From Limisphaerales bacterium (GTDB lineage: Bacteria > Verrucomicrobiota > Verrucomicrobiia > Limisphaerales > JAYPXF01): a DNA stretch of 64,000 nt. Below, piece by piece: positions 9,063-18,400 of this stretch. A program made the translations under genes and the position numbers. The stretch spans positions 12,745-76,744 of the forward strand of contig JBLFYM010000010.1 in NCBI GenBank assembly GCA_047608975.1. Direction: 5' to 3'. Every line of letters starts with the position of its first letter. Positions within the stretch are counted from its first letter, which is position 1. Under the pieces are notes generated by a model. The model searched no databases and was not told where the DNA came from. It saw only the letters and a program-made list of their open reading frames with translations.

Positions 9063-9344
9063 ATGCCCGTGAAAGAATCAGTAGAAACCATAACGTTTAC
9101 GACCAAGGGGCAGATCGTGATTCCCCGCAAATTGCGGCGGCTTTTTGAAATTGAGGAAGGGACCAAGGCCACTGTGGAATCCACTCCAAATGGCATCTTA
9201 ATCAAGCCGGTAACTGCCGCGCTGATCAGAAAAGGGCGAGGATTGCTGAAGAAGGGCTCGACGCCGCTTTCCCGTGAATGGGCTCAGCACAAGGCGGAGG
9301 AACACAAGTTGGAGGACAAGCCGCATGGCCGGACTGGTTCTTGA
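9063..9344 (+). CDS. vapB: AbrB/SpoVT-fold antitoxin (VapB-like)
   Basis: TKGQIVIPRKLRRLFEIEEGTKATVESTPNGILIKP is a looped-hinge-helix motif. Its 3' end overlaps the PIN toxin gene by 20 nt. Confidence 0.8.
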   Translation: MPVKESVETITFTTKGQIVIPRKLRRLFEIEEGTKATVESTPNGILIKPVTAALIRKGRGLLKKGSTPLSREWAQHKAEEHKLEDKPHGRTGS

Positions 9345-9726
9345 TAGTTACGCCCTCATTGCTTACTTTCGAGACGAAGACGGTGCGGATACCGTGGAGA
9401 CGCTCCTGGTGAAAGCGACTCAGAGTGGGAAACCGTTGCTGATGAGTGAGGTGAACTATTCGGAGGCAAAATACATGGTGGTTAGGAAGGACGGCAACGC
9501 CGCTTGGGAGAAGGCCGCAGACATGTTGCGGTCGTTGCCGATCGAGTTCTTCCCAGCTGACCGGCAGATGTCGGAATTGGCGGCGGACTTCAAAGCCAAA
9601 CATCGCATCAGTCTTGCCGACGCCTTTGCGGCAGCATTGACGAAGGAAAAAAGGGCGACACTTGTGACCGGGGATGCGGAGTTTCAGAGTCTGGAAGGTG
9701 AAATTAAGATCAAGTGGCTGGAGTGA
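9325..9726 (+). CDS. vapC: PIN-domain toxin (VapC-like)
   Basis: N-terminal LVLDSYALIAYF (first acidic residue), SEVNYSE, LADAFAAAL and TGDAEF, giving the PIN acidic quartet layout. 133 aa. Confidence 0.8.
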   Translation: MAGLVLDSYALIAYFRDEDGADTVETLLVKATQSGKPLLMSEVNYSEAKYMVVRKDGNAAWEKAADMLRSLPIEFFPADRQMSELAADFKAKHRISLADAFAAALTKEKRATLVTGDAEFQSLEGEIKIKWLE

Positions 9727-9996
9727 GGAGTGGGCATGGAGTGGAGTTTCAAAATAGTGGCAAAGAACGGTATCTTGGACACACCAATGTTGAACCGTGA
9801 GGTGCGTTAGTTTTCTGGACCACCAAATAGGACACCAAGACAATGAACCACCCTTCACATCGATGAAGACGACAAAACTGGTCGAACTTGACTGATCGTC
9901 TGTGGACGACTTCGGGTCACCCTGATGAAGTGGGTTCGTGTTACTCGAAACAGAATCCCAAACTGAAAGTTGCGAAAGAGATCGAATTCCTATCGA

Positions 9997-10794
9997 TCAG
10001 GAATCACAGAAGATCTCTCGCCGATGTCGGGCAAGAAACTCGCTGTCAGGTAGAATGGCATCAGCAGGTACGTTAAGCGCTTCTCCTTCATACGCTCCGA
10101 AGTTTTCCGCGACGGTGTTCTCGCAGAGCACTGATCGAATGCGATTTGACAGAATGAGTTTCAATTCGTCATCAAAAGCAATCAGTCCCCTATCAAACGC
10201 GGCGTCATGTAGGCGAGACAGGCAAAGACCATTGCTTACATTGAGTCTCTCGGCGGGATACTTTCCCCAGGGAAGAATATGGGATGCGATAAGCAATTCT
10301 CTGAGCGATAGCCCCGTAATTCCGCAACATCCGCTGAAATTGTTTAATACCGCTTCCCGGAAAAACTCCTGCCCGCGCCTCTGTTTGACATTCGCGACCG
10401 TTTCAGTCGGAAGATTTACCGACCGGCTTCGGCGTTTGATCCCTTCGCTGGGCACCACTTCAATCACGCTGTCTTCATCCGCCCCAAACAAATCACGGAT
10501 GGCCTGTTCAGATGCGGGAATGAACTCTTCTGGCAACTCCTTCAGTTCTTGCCATGTCGTCCGATCCAACTGGCTCGCGCCCTCGAGCCCCTTGATTCCG
10601 CGTAACTTGAGAGCCGGATCCAATGAGGCAAAGTTCGACAGCTTCATAGCAACGCTACTCGGCGTCCGGTCGAGCTTCTGGGCCAGCGCGATCACCAAAG
10701 GCTGCCGCTGATGAAACTGCCCGAAATTCAACTTGTGATACAGATTCAGCACCACCAGCAACTCCTCCTTTTTCCAACGTCTTCCTGCGGCCAT
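9997..10794 (-). CDS. HNH nuclease (HNH_2 / putative restriction endonuclease type)
   Basis: N-terminal RRWKKEELLVVLNLYHKL..FGQFH..P.V..LA..L.RTPSSVAMKLSNFASLDP. C-terminal CCGITG..LLIASHILPW......NGLCLSRLHDAAFDRGLI is a typical HNH_2 core. Confidence 0.8.
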   Translation of the reverse strand: MAAGRRWKKEELLVVLNLYHKLNFGQFHQRQPLVIALAQKLDRTPSSVAMKLSNFASLDPALKLRGIKGLEGASQLDRTTWQELKELPEEFIPASEQAIRDLFGADEDSVIEVVPSEGIKRRSRSVNLPTETVANVKQRRGQEFFREAVLNNFSGCCGITGLSLRELLIASHILPWGKYPAERLNVSNGLCLSRLHDAAFDRGLIAFDDELKLILSNRIRSVLCENTVAENFGAYEGEALNVPADAILPDSEFLARHRREIFCDS

Positions 10795-10855
10795 TGCGAA
10801 AGCCTGCCTGGGGAAGCACCGCGAACGAAGGAGAATCTAACCTCCACTACCGACG

Positions 10856-11065
10856 GTGAGTAACGATTTTCAAATCACGACTAACGAGATTGATTTAGGT
10901 CAACTTCTTGATGAGCTATTGATCCAAGTCGAGGATTGGAAGCGGACAGCTCGCTATCTACGAGGCAAAAGCGATATCCACGATGACCCCTTCCTAATAG
11001 GCGAGTGTAGTTGCCCCAACGACGCCGAACGAATCGGAACTTACTATCAATCATTCATCCAATAA
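10856..11065 (+). CDS. Orphan small ORF (69 aa, GTG start), acidic
   Basis: ORF in a lower-GC stretch, divergent from the HNH gene. No recognisable family, so coding status is uncertain. Confidence 0.35.
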   Translation: MSNDFQITTNEIDLGQLLDELLIQVEDWKRTARYLRGKSDIHDDPFLIGECSCPNDAERIGTYYQSFIQ

Positions 11066-11098
11066 GATCTGCATTCAGACCAAGTAGGAAAGGCAAAA

Positions 11099-11395
11099 AT
11101 GACAAGAGAATCCATTCTGTCTGACGGCTTCGGCATCTACATCGACACCGTCTTCCAAGGACCTGTTCCCGTTGTCAGCGATGGCAACGGATTTGCCATC
11201 ATCTACAGAACTGAATTAGCAGCGCATCGTGAAATTGCTTCTCATGCAATAGTCCAGTTGGAAGAGTTTTTGAGGAATGAACGCGAATTCGAAGATGCCA
11301 TCATAGTGGAAGAGTACATCGTGCCAGTGACCGTTTGTGGGAATGGGCGTATGGCGGATTCGATGGGAAACACATTTCGTGCGGCAATGGAATGA
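11099..11395 (+). CDS. Orphan small ORF (98 aa)
   Basis: ATG ORF 33 nt after the previous one with the same local composition. No recognisable family. Confidence 0.4.
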   Translation: MTRESILSDGFGIYIDTVFQGPVPVVSDGNGFAIIYRTELAAHREIASHAIVQLEEFLRNEREFEDAIIVEEYIVPVTVCGNGRMADSMGNTFRAAME

Positions 11396-11465
11396 AATCC
11401 GGCTTTATGACCTCCGCACCCTCTCCAGATTATTGGGCCTAAGCATTGAGTCAGCTCTCGGTGGG

Positions 11466-11630
11466 TTCTTCGAAGATGAAATATTTTTACTCACAGCGGA
11501 CCAGGCGCGGGATCGAAGGGTGACGCGGCAGTTGCGGGCGCTCGGCTGGAGTGTGTGTCGGATCTGGGAGTGTCGATTGAAGCAGCAACCGGAGGTGAGT
11601 GTGCGGCGGATTCTCAGAATGCTCGGATAA
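11466..11630 (+). pseudogene. vsr: Remnant of very-short-patch repair endonuclease (Vsr), C-terminal ~50 aa only
   Basis: ADQARDRRVTRQLRALGWSVCRIWECRLKQQPE matches E. coli Vsr NVERDRRDISRLQELGWRVLIVWECALRGRE. The N-terminal two thirds of the protein, including the GCFWH motif, are absent. Confidence 0.7.
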
Positions 11631-11817
11631 GAATTTCAACCACGGAAGCTCCGGGGATTCGGATGGGGGATTCCGGAATGCGGAATGGTATCAAACTCTG
11701 CACGCCGCGTTCCGCACTCGATCCCTCGGGAGCGGCCCGAACCCCGGAAACGGTTGAGTTTCGATAAATCCCGTTGCTCTTGCGGCCTATTTTCAATTCA
11801 ATGGAGAACTCGCCTCG

Positions 11818-13068
11818 ATGGCCAAGCAGAAACAAAGAATCTACACCCGGTACAAACCGGAAAAGGCGGGCTCGCCCAAGAAGCCCAGTCGCACCCCGTG
11901 GCTGGTCCTGCTCCTGTTGCTGGTGCTGAGCGGAATCGGCTGGGGTTATGTGGCGGGCAAGATTGTGCTGCCCGAGGCTATCCAGAATTTGGTTTCCAAA
12001 CGCCCGGAAGCTCCGCCGACGGAGCCGGCCAAGCTTCCCCCGCTCACCACCCGCAACTTCAGCACCGAACCGGTCCCGATCCCGATGATCCAAGCTCCCG
12101 CCGCGCCGGTGAAACCTGAGGTGCCGTCGTTGAAACCGATTGGAGCCTCCCCAACGTCTGCCAAGCCTCCCCTGCTCTCCCCGCTGATCACGCACGCCGG
12201 CAGCTTCGCGCCGCGCTCGGCCTGGAAAACCTTCGAGGTACAGATCGCATTGGCCCGGCGCGCCATTTCGCCCGGAATCCTGGATGGTCTCAGCGGACCG
12301 CAGACGGTCGCCGCACTGAAGGCCTTTCAGATTTCTGAGGGCTTGGAACCGTCCGGCACAGCCGACGCGATCACCAAATCCCGGCTGGTGTTGGCAGCTG
12401 AGCCGTACACGAGTTACATCATCACCCAGGAAGATCTCGGACGCGTCGGGCCCGTCGCCAAGACCTGGGTGGGCAAGGCGGCCCAGGAAGCCATGACGTA
12501 TGAGGATGTGCTGGAACTCATCGCCGAAAAGAGTCACGCCTTTCACGGATTCATCACCCGGCTCAATCCCGACGTGGACTGGAAGAAGATCCAACCGGGA
12601 ACGCAGATCAAGTTGCCGCGCCTCAGCTATCCGGAGCCGACCGAAAAGGCGGCGTTCATCAGGATCTGGCTATCCGATCGCAACCTTCAGGCGTTTGGCG
12701 CGGCGACAAATCTGTTGGCCCACTTCCCCTGCAGCATCGCGGCCAAGGTGGAGAAACGTCCGGAAGGGAAACTGAGAATCATCAACTTTGCCGCCAACCC
12801 GAACTATACCTTCGATCCGGCGATGTTCCCGGAATCACCTGAAGCCCGCACGCTGAAGGACAAGCTGACCATTCAACCGGGTCCGAACAATCCCGTGGGC
12901 ACCGCCTGGATCGGCTTGGATCGGCCCGGGTATGGCATTCACGGAACGCCGAAGCCGGAAAAGATCGGTCGCACCGAATCTCATGGCTGCTTCCGCCTCG
13001 CGAACTGGGACGCCAGTCATCTTCTCAAGTTGGTCACCCGCGAAACCGTGGTGATCGTCGAACCCTGA
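11818..13068 (+). CDS. Membrane-anchored L,D-transpeptidase (YkuD domain) with peptidoglycan-binding domain
   Basis: TM helix PWLVLLLLLVLSGIGWGYVAG, Pro/Ala-rich linker, PG_binding_1-like LDGLSGPQTVAALKAFQISEGLEPSG, and catalytic GIHGTPKPEKIGRTESHGCFRLAN (His/Cys pair). Confidence 0.85.
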   Translation: MAKQKQRIYTRYKPEKAGSPKKPSRTPWLVLLLLLVLSGIGWGYVAGKIVLPEAIQNLVSKRPEAPPTEPAKLPPLTTRNFSTEPVPIPMIQAPAAPVKPEVPSLKPIGASPTSAKPPLLSPLITHAGSFAPRSAWKTFEVQIALARRAISPGILDGLSGPQTVAALKAFQISEGLEPSGTADAITKSRLVLAAEPYTSYIITQEDLGRVGPVAKTWVGKAAQEAMTYEDVLELIAEKSHAFHGFITRLNPDVDWKKIQPGTQIKLPRLSYPEPTEKAAFIRIWLSDRNLQAFGAATNLLAHFPCSIAAKVEKRPEGKLRIINFAANPNYTFDPAMFPESPEARTLKDKLTIQPGPNNPVGTAWIGLDRPGYGIHGTPKPEKIGRTESHGCFRLANWDASHLLKLVTRETVVIVEP

Positions 13069-13083
13069 AGCCCCGGCGCTTCG

Positions 13084-13112
13084 CCCCCAGTCCCGCCCCC
13101 GCCCCCGCCCCC
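13084..13112. repeat. C-run tract (C5, C3, C5, C5, C5); G-run tract on the minus strand
   Basis: cccccagtcccgcccccgcccccgccccc read directly, starting 16 nt after the L,D-transpeptidase stop. Confidence 0.9.
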
Positions 13113-13216
13113 GCCGCCGATCCCAACGATATTGCACAAATCGCAAACCGCATTGATTCAGCCGGACGGCCTCAGCGTCGTTCCAGGTGTTCAATCGGGA
13201 TCCCCCGATCCACCGC

Positions 13217-13765
13217 ATGGTTTCCAAATTCGTTTTCAACTTCAAAAGCCACGACAACCGTCGCGATCTGCCCGGCAAGATCCTGATCGTGCAACGGAGT
13301 GAGGAAACGCTGGAAATCGTGCTCATCCGCCTCTTCGCCTATCTCATCTTCTATCGTGACCGGTTGCAGATGGAGGTGGATCTGCATGACGATTACATCC
13401 GCTTCGTGCCGGATATCGTGCAACTCGATTACCAACTGCAACCCGCGCTCTGGATCGAGTGCGCCGACTGCACTCCGACCAAACTGAACAAGCTCGCGGT
13501 CAAGGCCCATGAAGCCGAGATCTGGGCGGTGAAGAAATCGGAAACCGAGATCGAGGAACTTCGGGCGAAGATGACCCGGGCCAAATGCCGGACGGATCGT
13601 TACGGGCTATTGTCCCTGGATGAGGAAATCTTCGAGGATATCAGCCGCGCCACCCAGGCCCGCAATGATGTCTCGTTATACCTCTGCGACATCGAGGACG
13701 GGATGCTGCAGTTCGACTACAACGGCATCTGGTACGACATGACTTTCCGCACCTCGAGGTTTTGA
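13217..13765 (+). CDS. YaeQ-like protein (PD-(D/E)XK nuclease fold family)
   Basis: By-eye colinearity with E. coli YaeQ: SEETLEIVLIRLFAYL vs HPSETQERMMLRLLAWL, and VPDIVQLDYQLQPALWIEC vs DEPEAW...IDLWIELG. Similar length. ATG 13217; the maximal ORF starts at 13187. Confidence 0.55.
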   Translation: MVSKFVFNFKSHDNRRDLPGKILIVQRSEETLEIVLIRLFAYLIFYRDRLQMEVDLHDDYIRFVPDIVQLDYQLQPALWIECADCTPTKLNKLAVKAHEAEIWAVKKSETEIEELRAKMTRAKCRTDRYGLLSLDEEIFEDISRATQARNDVSLYLCDIEDGMLQFDYNGIWYDMTFRTSRF

Positions 13766-15243
13766 TGACTCGCCCCTCGATCGAGTTTGCAGACGTCGAT
13801 GTGAACATTGACGGAACAGGCATCCTGCAGGGGATCAATTGGTCACTCCGTCCGGGAGAGCACTGGGTGGTCACCGGACCCAACGGCTGCGGCAAGACCT
13901 CCTTTCTCAAACTCATCCGCGGCGAACTCGCACCGGCACCCGATCGCGGCCGTCGGATCTACCGTTGGAACGGCAAGGAATCACAGAGCCCGGTCTGTGC
14001 CCGCAAAGAGATTGCGATCGTTTCCCCCGAGCAACAGCAACGCTACCTCCGCATCGAGTGGAGCCGTCCGGCGCTGGACGTCGTGCTCACCGGATTCCAC
14101 GGCACGGACTACCTCTACGAAGACGTGACCCGCAAAGAGCAGGCCACTGCCCGGGCGCTGGCAAAACGTCTCGGCATCGCCGAACTTCTGAAGCGCGATG
14201 TGCAGACCCTTTCCCAGGGCGAACTGCGCAAGATACTCGTTGCCCGCGCCCTCGTGGGCCGACCCAAGATACTTCTGCTCGATGAAGTTTGTGACGGCCT
14301 CGACATGCGCACGCGCGGATTGCTGCTCGATTGGGTGGAACAGATTGCCCGCTGCGAAACCCAGGTCATCACCGCCACCCATCGCGAGGACGAATATTTC
14401 CCCGCCCTCACCCATCAGCTTGATCTGGACGCCGGGAGACCGGTTCGCACCCGCGAACTTCGGGTCTGCAAATCTTCCCCCAGGAAGAAATCCAAACCGG
14501 TCGACTTCCGAAAACTGATTACCAACAAACCGGTCAAAGAACCGGACGCACCATTCCACTTCCACTTCCGCCTCACCGACGCAGAAGTGTATCTCGACCG
14601 CAAGCCGACCTTGACGGGACTCAACTGGGAAATGCGACGCGGTCAGAACTGGGCAATCCTCGGACACAACGGTGCCGGCAAAAGCACCCTGCTGAAACTG
14701 CTCCAAGGCGAGGTCCACCCGGCGATCGGGGGAACCATCGAACGCTTCAACGAGGAACGCCGACATACCCTGTGGGAAATCCGCCAACGAATCGGCTTCG
14801 TCTCGATGGATTTTCAGATGCGTTTCCAGGAGGAGATCACCGGCGCGGATGCCGTGGCGACCGGCTTTTTTGGCGGCCATGTCCTCTGCGACAAACTGAA
14901 CCGCAAACAGAAGCGCAAGGTGGATCAGCTCATCGAGCTGTTTGAGCTCCAGGAATTTGCCCGCCGCTCCGTGCCCTCGATTTCGTACGGCCAGATGCGC
15001 CGCATCCTCATCGCCCGCGCCCTGGTTCACGAACCCGAAGTCCTGATCCTGGACGAACCTTTCGACGGTTTGGAAACCGGAATTCGTACCCGCCTCGATC
15101 GCCAGCTCGAGAACATCTGCCAACTGAACACCAACCTCCTCATGGTCACCCATCATCCCGAGGATCTTCCCGACTGCATGACTCATGGGCTGCTGTTGGA
15201 AGGCGGCTCAGTCGTGGCGCTGGGGCGATTGGGGAAAAAGTAA
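13765..15243 (+). CDS. modF: ModF-type soluble ABC ATPase with two nucleotide-binding domains and no TM domain
   Basis: NBD1: GPNGCGKT, LSQGE, LLLDEV. NBD2: GHNGAGKS, ISYGQ, LILDEP, VTHH. ~492 aa, colinear with E. coli ModF. The ATG shares one nt with the upstream TGA (TGATG). Confidence 0.75.
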   Translation: MTRPSIEFADVDVNIDGTGILQGINWSLRPGEHWVVTGPNGCGKTSFLKLIRGELAPAPDRGRRIYRWNGKESQSPVCARKEIAIVSPEQQQRYLRIEWSRPALDVVLTGFHGTDYLYEDVTRKEQATARALAKRLGIAELLKRDVQTLSQGELRKILVARALVGRPKILLLDEVCDGLDMRTRGLLLDWVEQIARCETQVITATHREDEYFPALTHQLDLDAGRPVRTRELRVCKSSPRKKSKPVDFRKLITNKPVKEPDAPFHFHFRLTDAEVYLDRKPTLTGLNWEMRRGQNWAILGHNGAGKSTLLKLLQGEVHPAIGGTIERFNEERRHTLWEIRQRIGFVSMDFQMRFQEEITGADAVATGFFGGHVLCDKLNRKQKRKVDQLIELFELQEFARRSVPSISYGQMRRILIARALVHEPEVLILDEPFDGLETGIRTRLDRQLENICQLNTNLLMVTHHPEDLPDCMTHGLLLEGGSVVALGRLGKK

Positions 15244-15420
15244 CGCGGCCGAGTCGCCATCGAAGCCGGGGGAGGAAATGTTGCAGAACCTCAATGGACC
15301 GCAAAGAGCGATAGCGATCAATTCCAACTGGCGTTTCACAGGTTGAACACGAATTCAATCCTCAGACTTGGCATTTCTCCGCCATCTCACGATGCTCTGT
15401 CGCGCGTGACAAAACCGACC

Positions 15421-18400
15421 ATGCAACCCGGACCCGGAGAGCGTTTCGTGCGCTTTGTTGGGGATTTCATTGAATTTTCATTGAGCTCGCCCGCAGCCGC
15501 TTCATGGCGCGACCAGAAGTGGGAGGCGCGGCTGCGGACCAATCTCGGCCGCGCCGAGACGCAACGTCGCGAGATCGTGGAAGCGAACTTCGAAAAGGTC
15601 TCACTGGCGGGAGCCTCGTGGCGCGACATACCGATGCGCTGGGAAGACGGACGGTGGGTGATAAGCCTGCCGCTCACCGAGGTCGGCTACTTCAGCGCCA
15701 AGCCCTACGTCGTCGACCCGGAAGGCCACCAGCATTGGCCGGATGGAGATGACATTGGGATCTCGATCCACCCGGAGGATTACCGCACCGGCAACACCGT
15801 CTACTGCGCTTTCACCCGGATGTTCGGTCCCGGCAAGACCTTGGCGAAAACGATCAACGAAGAGGAAGAGGCCCGTTTCCAGGAGCTGGAAAAGCGGGGC
15901 CTCACGGTGATTCCCCAATCGGGAACCCTGCGTGATCTCAAGGCGGAACTGCCTTTCATCATCAACGACCTCGGCTGCCGGATCGTACATCTGCTGCCCG
16001 TGAATCCGACCCCGACCACGATGGCGAAGATGGGTCGCTTCGGAAGTCCTTACGCGGCCCAGAACCTGGCCGGCATCGATCCGGCGTTGGTCGACTTCGA
16101 TGAAAAATCCACCGGCGTGGAACAGTTCTGCGAGCTCACCTACGAAGCGCATCATCTGGGCGGAAAGATCTTTCTGGATCTGGTGATCAATCACACCGGC
16201 TGGGGATCCGATATTTTCGAGGATCATCCGGAATGGTTTATTCGCGAAGCTGACGGCCAGTTTGAAAGCCCCGGTGCATGGGGCGTGAAGTGGGGCGATC
16301 TCGTGGAACTCGCCCACAAACATGCCGACCTTTGGGATTACCTTTCCGAAGTGTTTCTCACGTGGTGCCGACGCGGTGTGGATGGCTTTCGCTGTGATGC
16401 CGGCTACAAGGTACCGGCGCCCGCATGGCAACACATCATCGCGCGTGTTCGCCAGGAATTCCCCGCTGCGCTCTTTCTGCTCGAAGGTCTCGGCGGCGGT
16501 TGGGTCGATACCGAAACGCTGCTCACCGAGGGCGGCATGCAGTGGGCCTACTCGGAGCTGTTTCAGGAATTCAAGGGACCGAATGTCGCCGGGTATCTCG
16601 AGCACTCCTACAAGCAGTCCGATCGCGTGGGCCTGCTCGTTCACTACAGCGAGACTCACGACAATGACCGCCTGTCCGAGCGCGGGAAGGATTGGTCACT
16701 GTTACGCAATCGCCTCTGCGGATTGACCAGTCCGAATGGCGGCTTCGGTTTTACCTGTGGGGTCGAATGGCTCGCCCCCGAAAAGATCAAGGTTCACGCC
16801 GCGCGCGGATTGAACTGGGGAGCGAAGGAAAACATTGTCACCGAGCTCAAGCAGTTGAACGACCTGATCTCGGATCATCCCGCATTCTTTGACGGCGCGA
16901 AGATCAGCCGACTCAGCGAATCCGATTCAGTGGTGTACGCGATTCGGCGCGACTCGGCTGCCGGTGCCGACACTGTCCTCGTGTTGGCGAATACCGATAC
17001 GAAAAAGGTACAGACTGTCTCTCTAAACGCAGCCGACCTGAAGGAACTGGGTGCGACTCCGGTTGAGCTGCTCGGACAGGAACTCCCACAAATCCAACGT
17101 GCGGCGAAGACCATCACCTTCCAACTTGCGGCCTCCGCCTGCCATTGCCTGGGTGCGGCGGCCGAACCCACCGGCGTATCTGGAGATCAGTATCGCAATC
17201 AACGTCTGCTCGCCTCCCGAGCACTGGGCGCTTTGACTTCAGTGCAACGTCCACGAAACGTGGGCAGCTGTGACTGGCAGGAACTGAGTGAGCTGGTCTC
17301 GGAAAATCCGGCGGCATTTCTGGCGGCGGCATCGGCACTGGCACCGGAAGTATATCACGGTGAACTCATCGCTGACCTCAAGGCGCTGACTGCCACCGCA
17401 TTTCCAAACGTGATCGATTGGGCGCTGCCGGATCGCAAACGGATCACCGTCGTGCCGGACAATCATTGGTTGTTGATTGACGACAGAGTTGCATTTCGCG
17501 GCACGCTGACGATTGAAGGACAGGAATTTCCATCGCGCGTGGAATCAGTCCAACTGGGTGACCGGCACCTCGCCTGGTTCCCGCCCATCCGAGGGATCAC
17601 GGCAAAAGCCACCCTCGCGCTGGAGCGTTACACCGAAATCGATCCACAGATCAGCGCCGGGCTTCTGTTTCAGTCAGATGAGCCCGGGCTCGGAATCTCC
17701 GACCAACTGCCGGCGCGTGACGACATCGTGCTGCTCACCAACGGTTGCGGTGCGATGTCTCGTATCTGCGTGGATCTCGGTCGCGTGAAATCAAAGTACG
17801 ATTGTGTGCTCGGGGCAAACCTTGACGCTGCACTTCCGGTCGATCGGCACATCTTCGTGAAACGCCTGCGCCTCTGGGTGGATGCCGACGGATTCATCAC
17901 GCCGCTGGACTACGACAACCTGGTTGAACTAAACGCCGGTACTGCGGCGCGCTGGAAGTTCGTGGCGAGCGCGGGGGATGGACGTAGTGTTGAGATCCAC
18001 CTGATCGCCACCATGGTGCCCGAAGAAAACACCGTGCTCCTGCGCTTTGAACGGCCGGAAGGTCCGCCGCGGTTCGGCCGGGAACTGCCCGCGGATTGCA
18101 AGGTGCGGCTGACCGCCCGGTTCGACATTGAGGATCGGAGTTTTCATTGGGAGACCAAACGCAACGGCGGTTCGGAAGCACACTTCAATTCGCATTGCGG
18201 TGCCCTGCCGGATGACGCGGGTTTCAGTTTTCAGCCCGCAGGAAGAACTCTCGAACTGAGCACCGCCCATGGCCGCTACCATCCGGCACCCGAGTGGTCG
18301 GAGAATCTGCCGCATGCGATCGAGGCGACGCGTGGCATGACCGCCAGCGGCGACGGATTCAGTCCCGGCTGGTTCGAGCTGCCACTGGCTCCGGGTGGCC

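Noticed and set aside
8389-9205. ORFs 8389-8766(-) and 8822-9205(-) in the AT-richer gap.
   Set aside because: Their translations are low-complexity and basic and run across repeat elements and antisense to vapB. There is no family resemblance.
8800-11640. Calling the lower-GC islet a mobile element or prophage remnant.
   Set aside because: No integrase, transposase, tRNA target or flanking direct repeats could be found by eye, so only an accessory islet is supportable.
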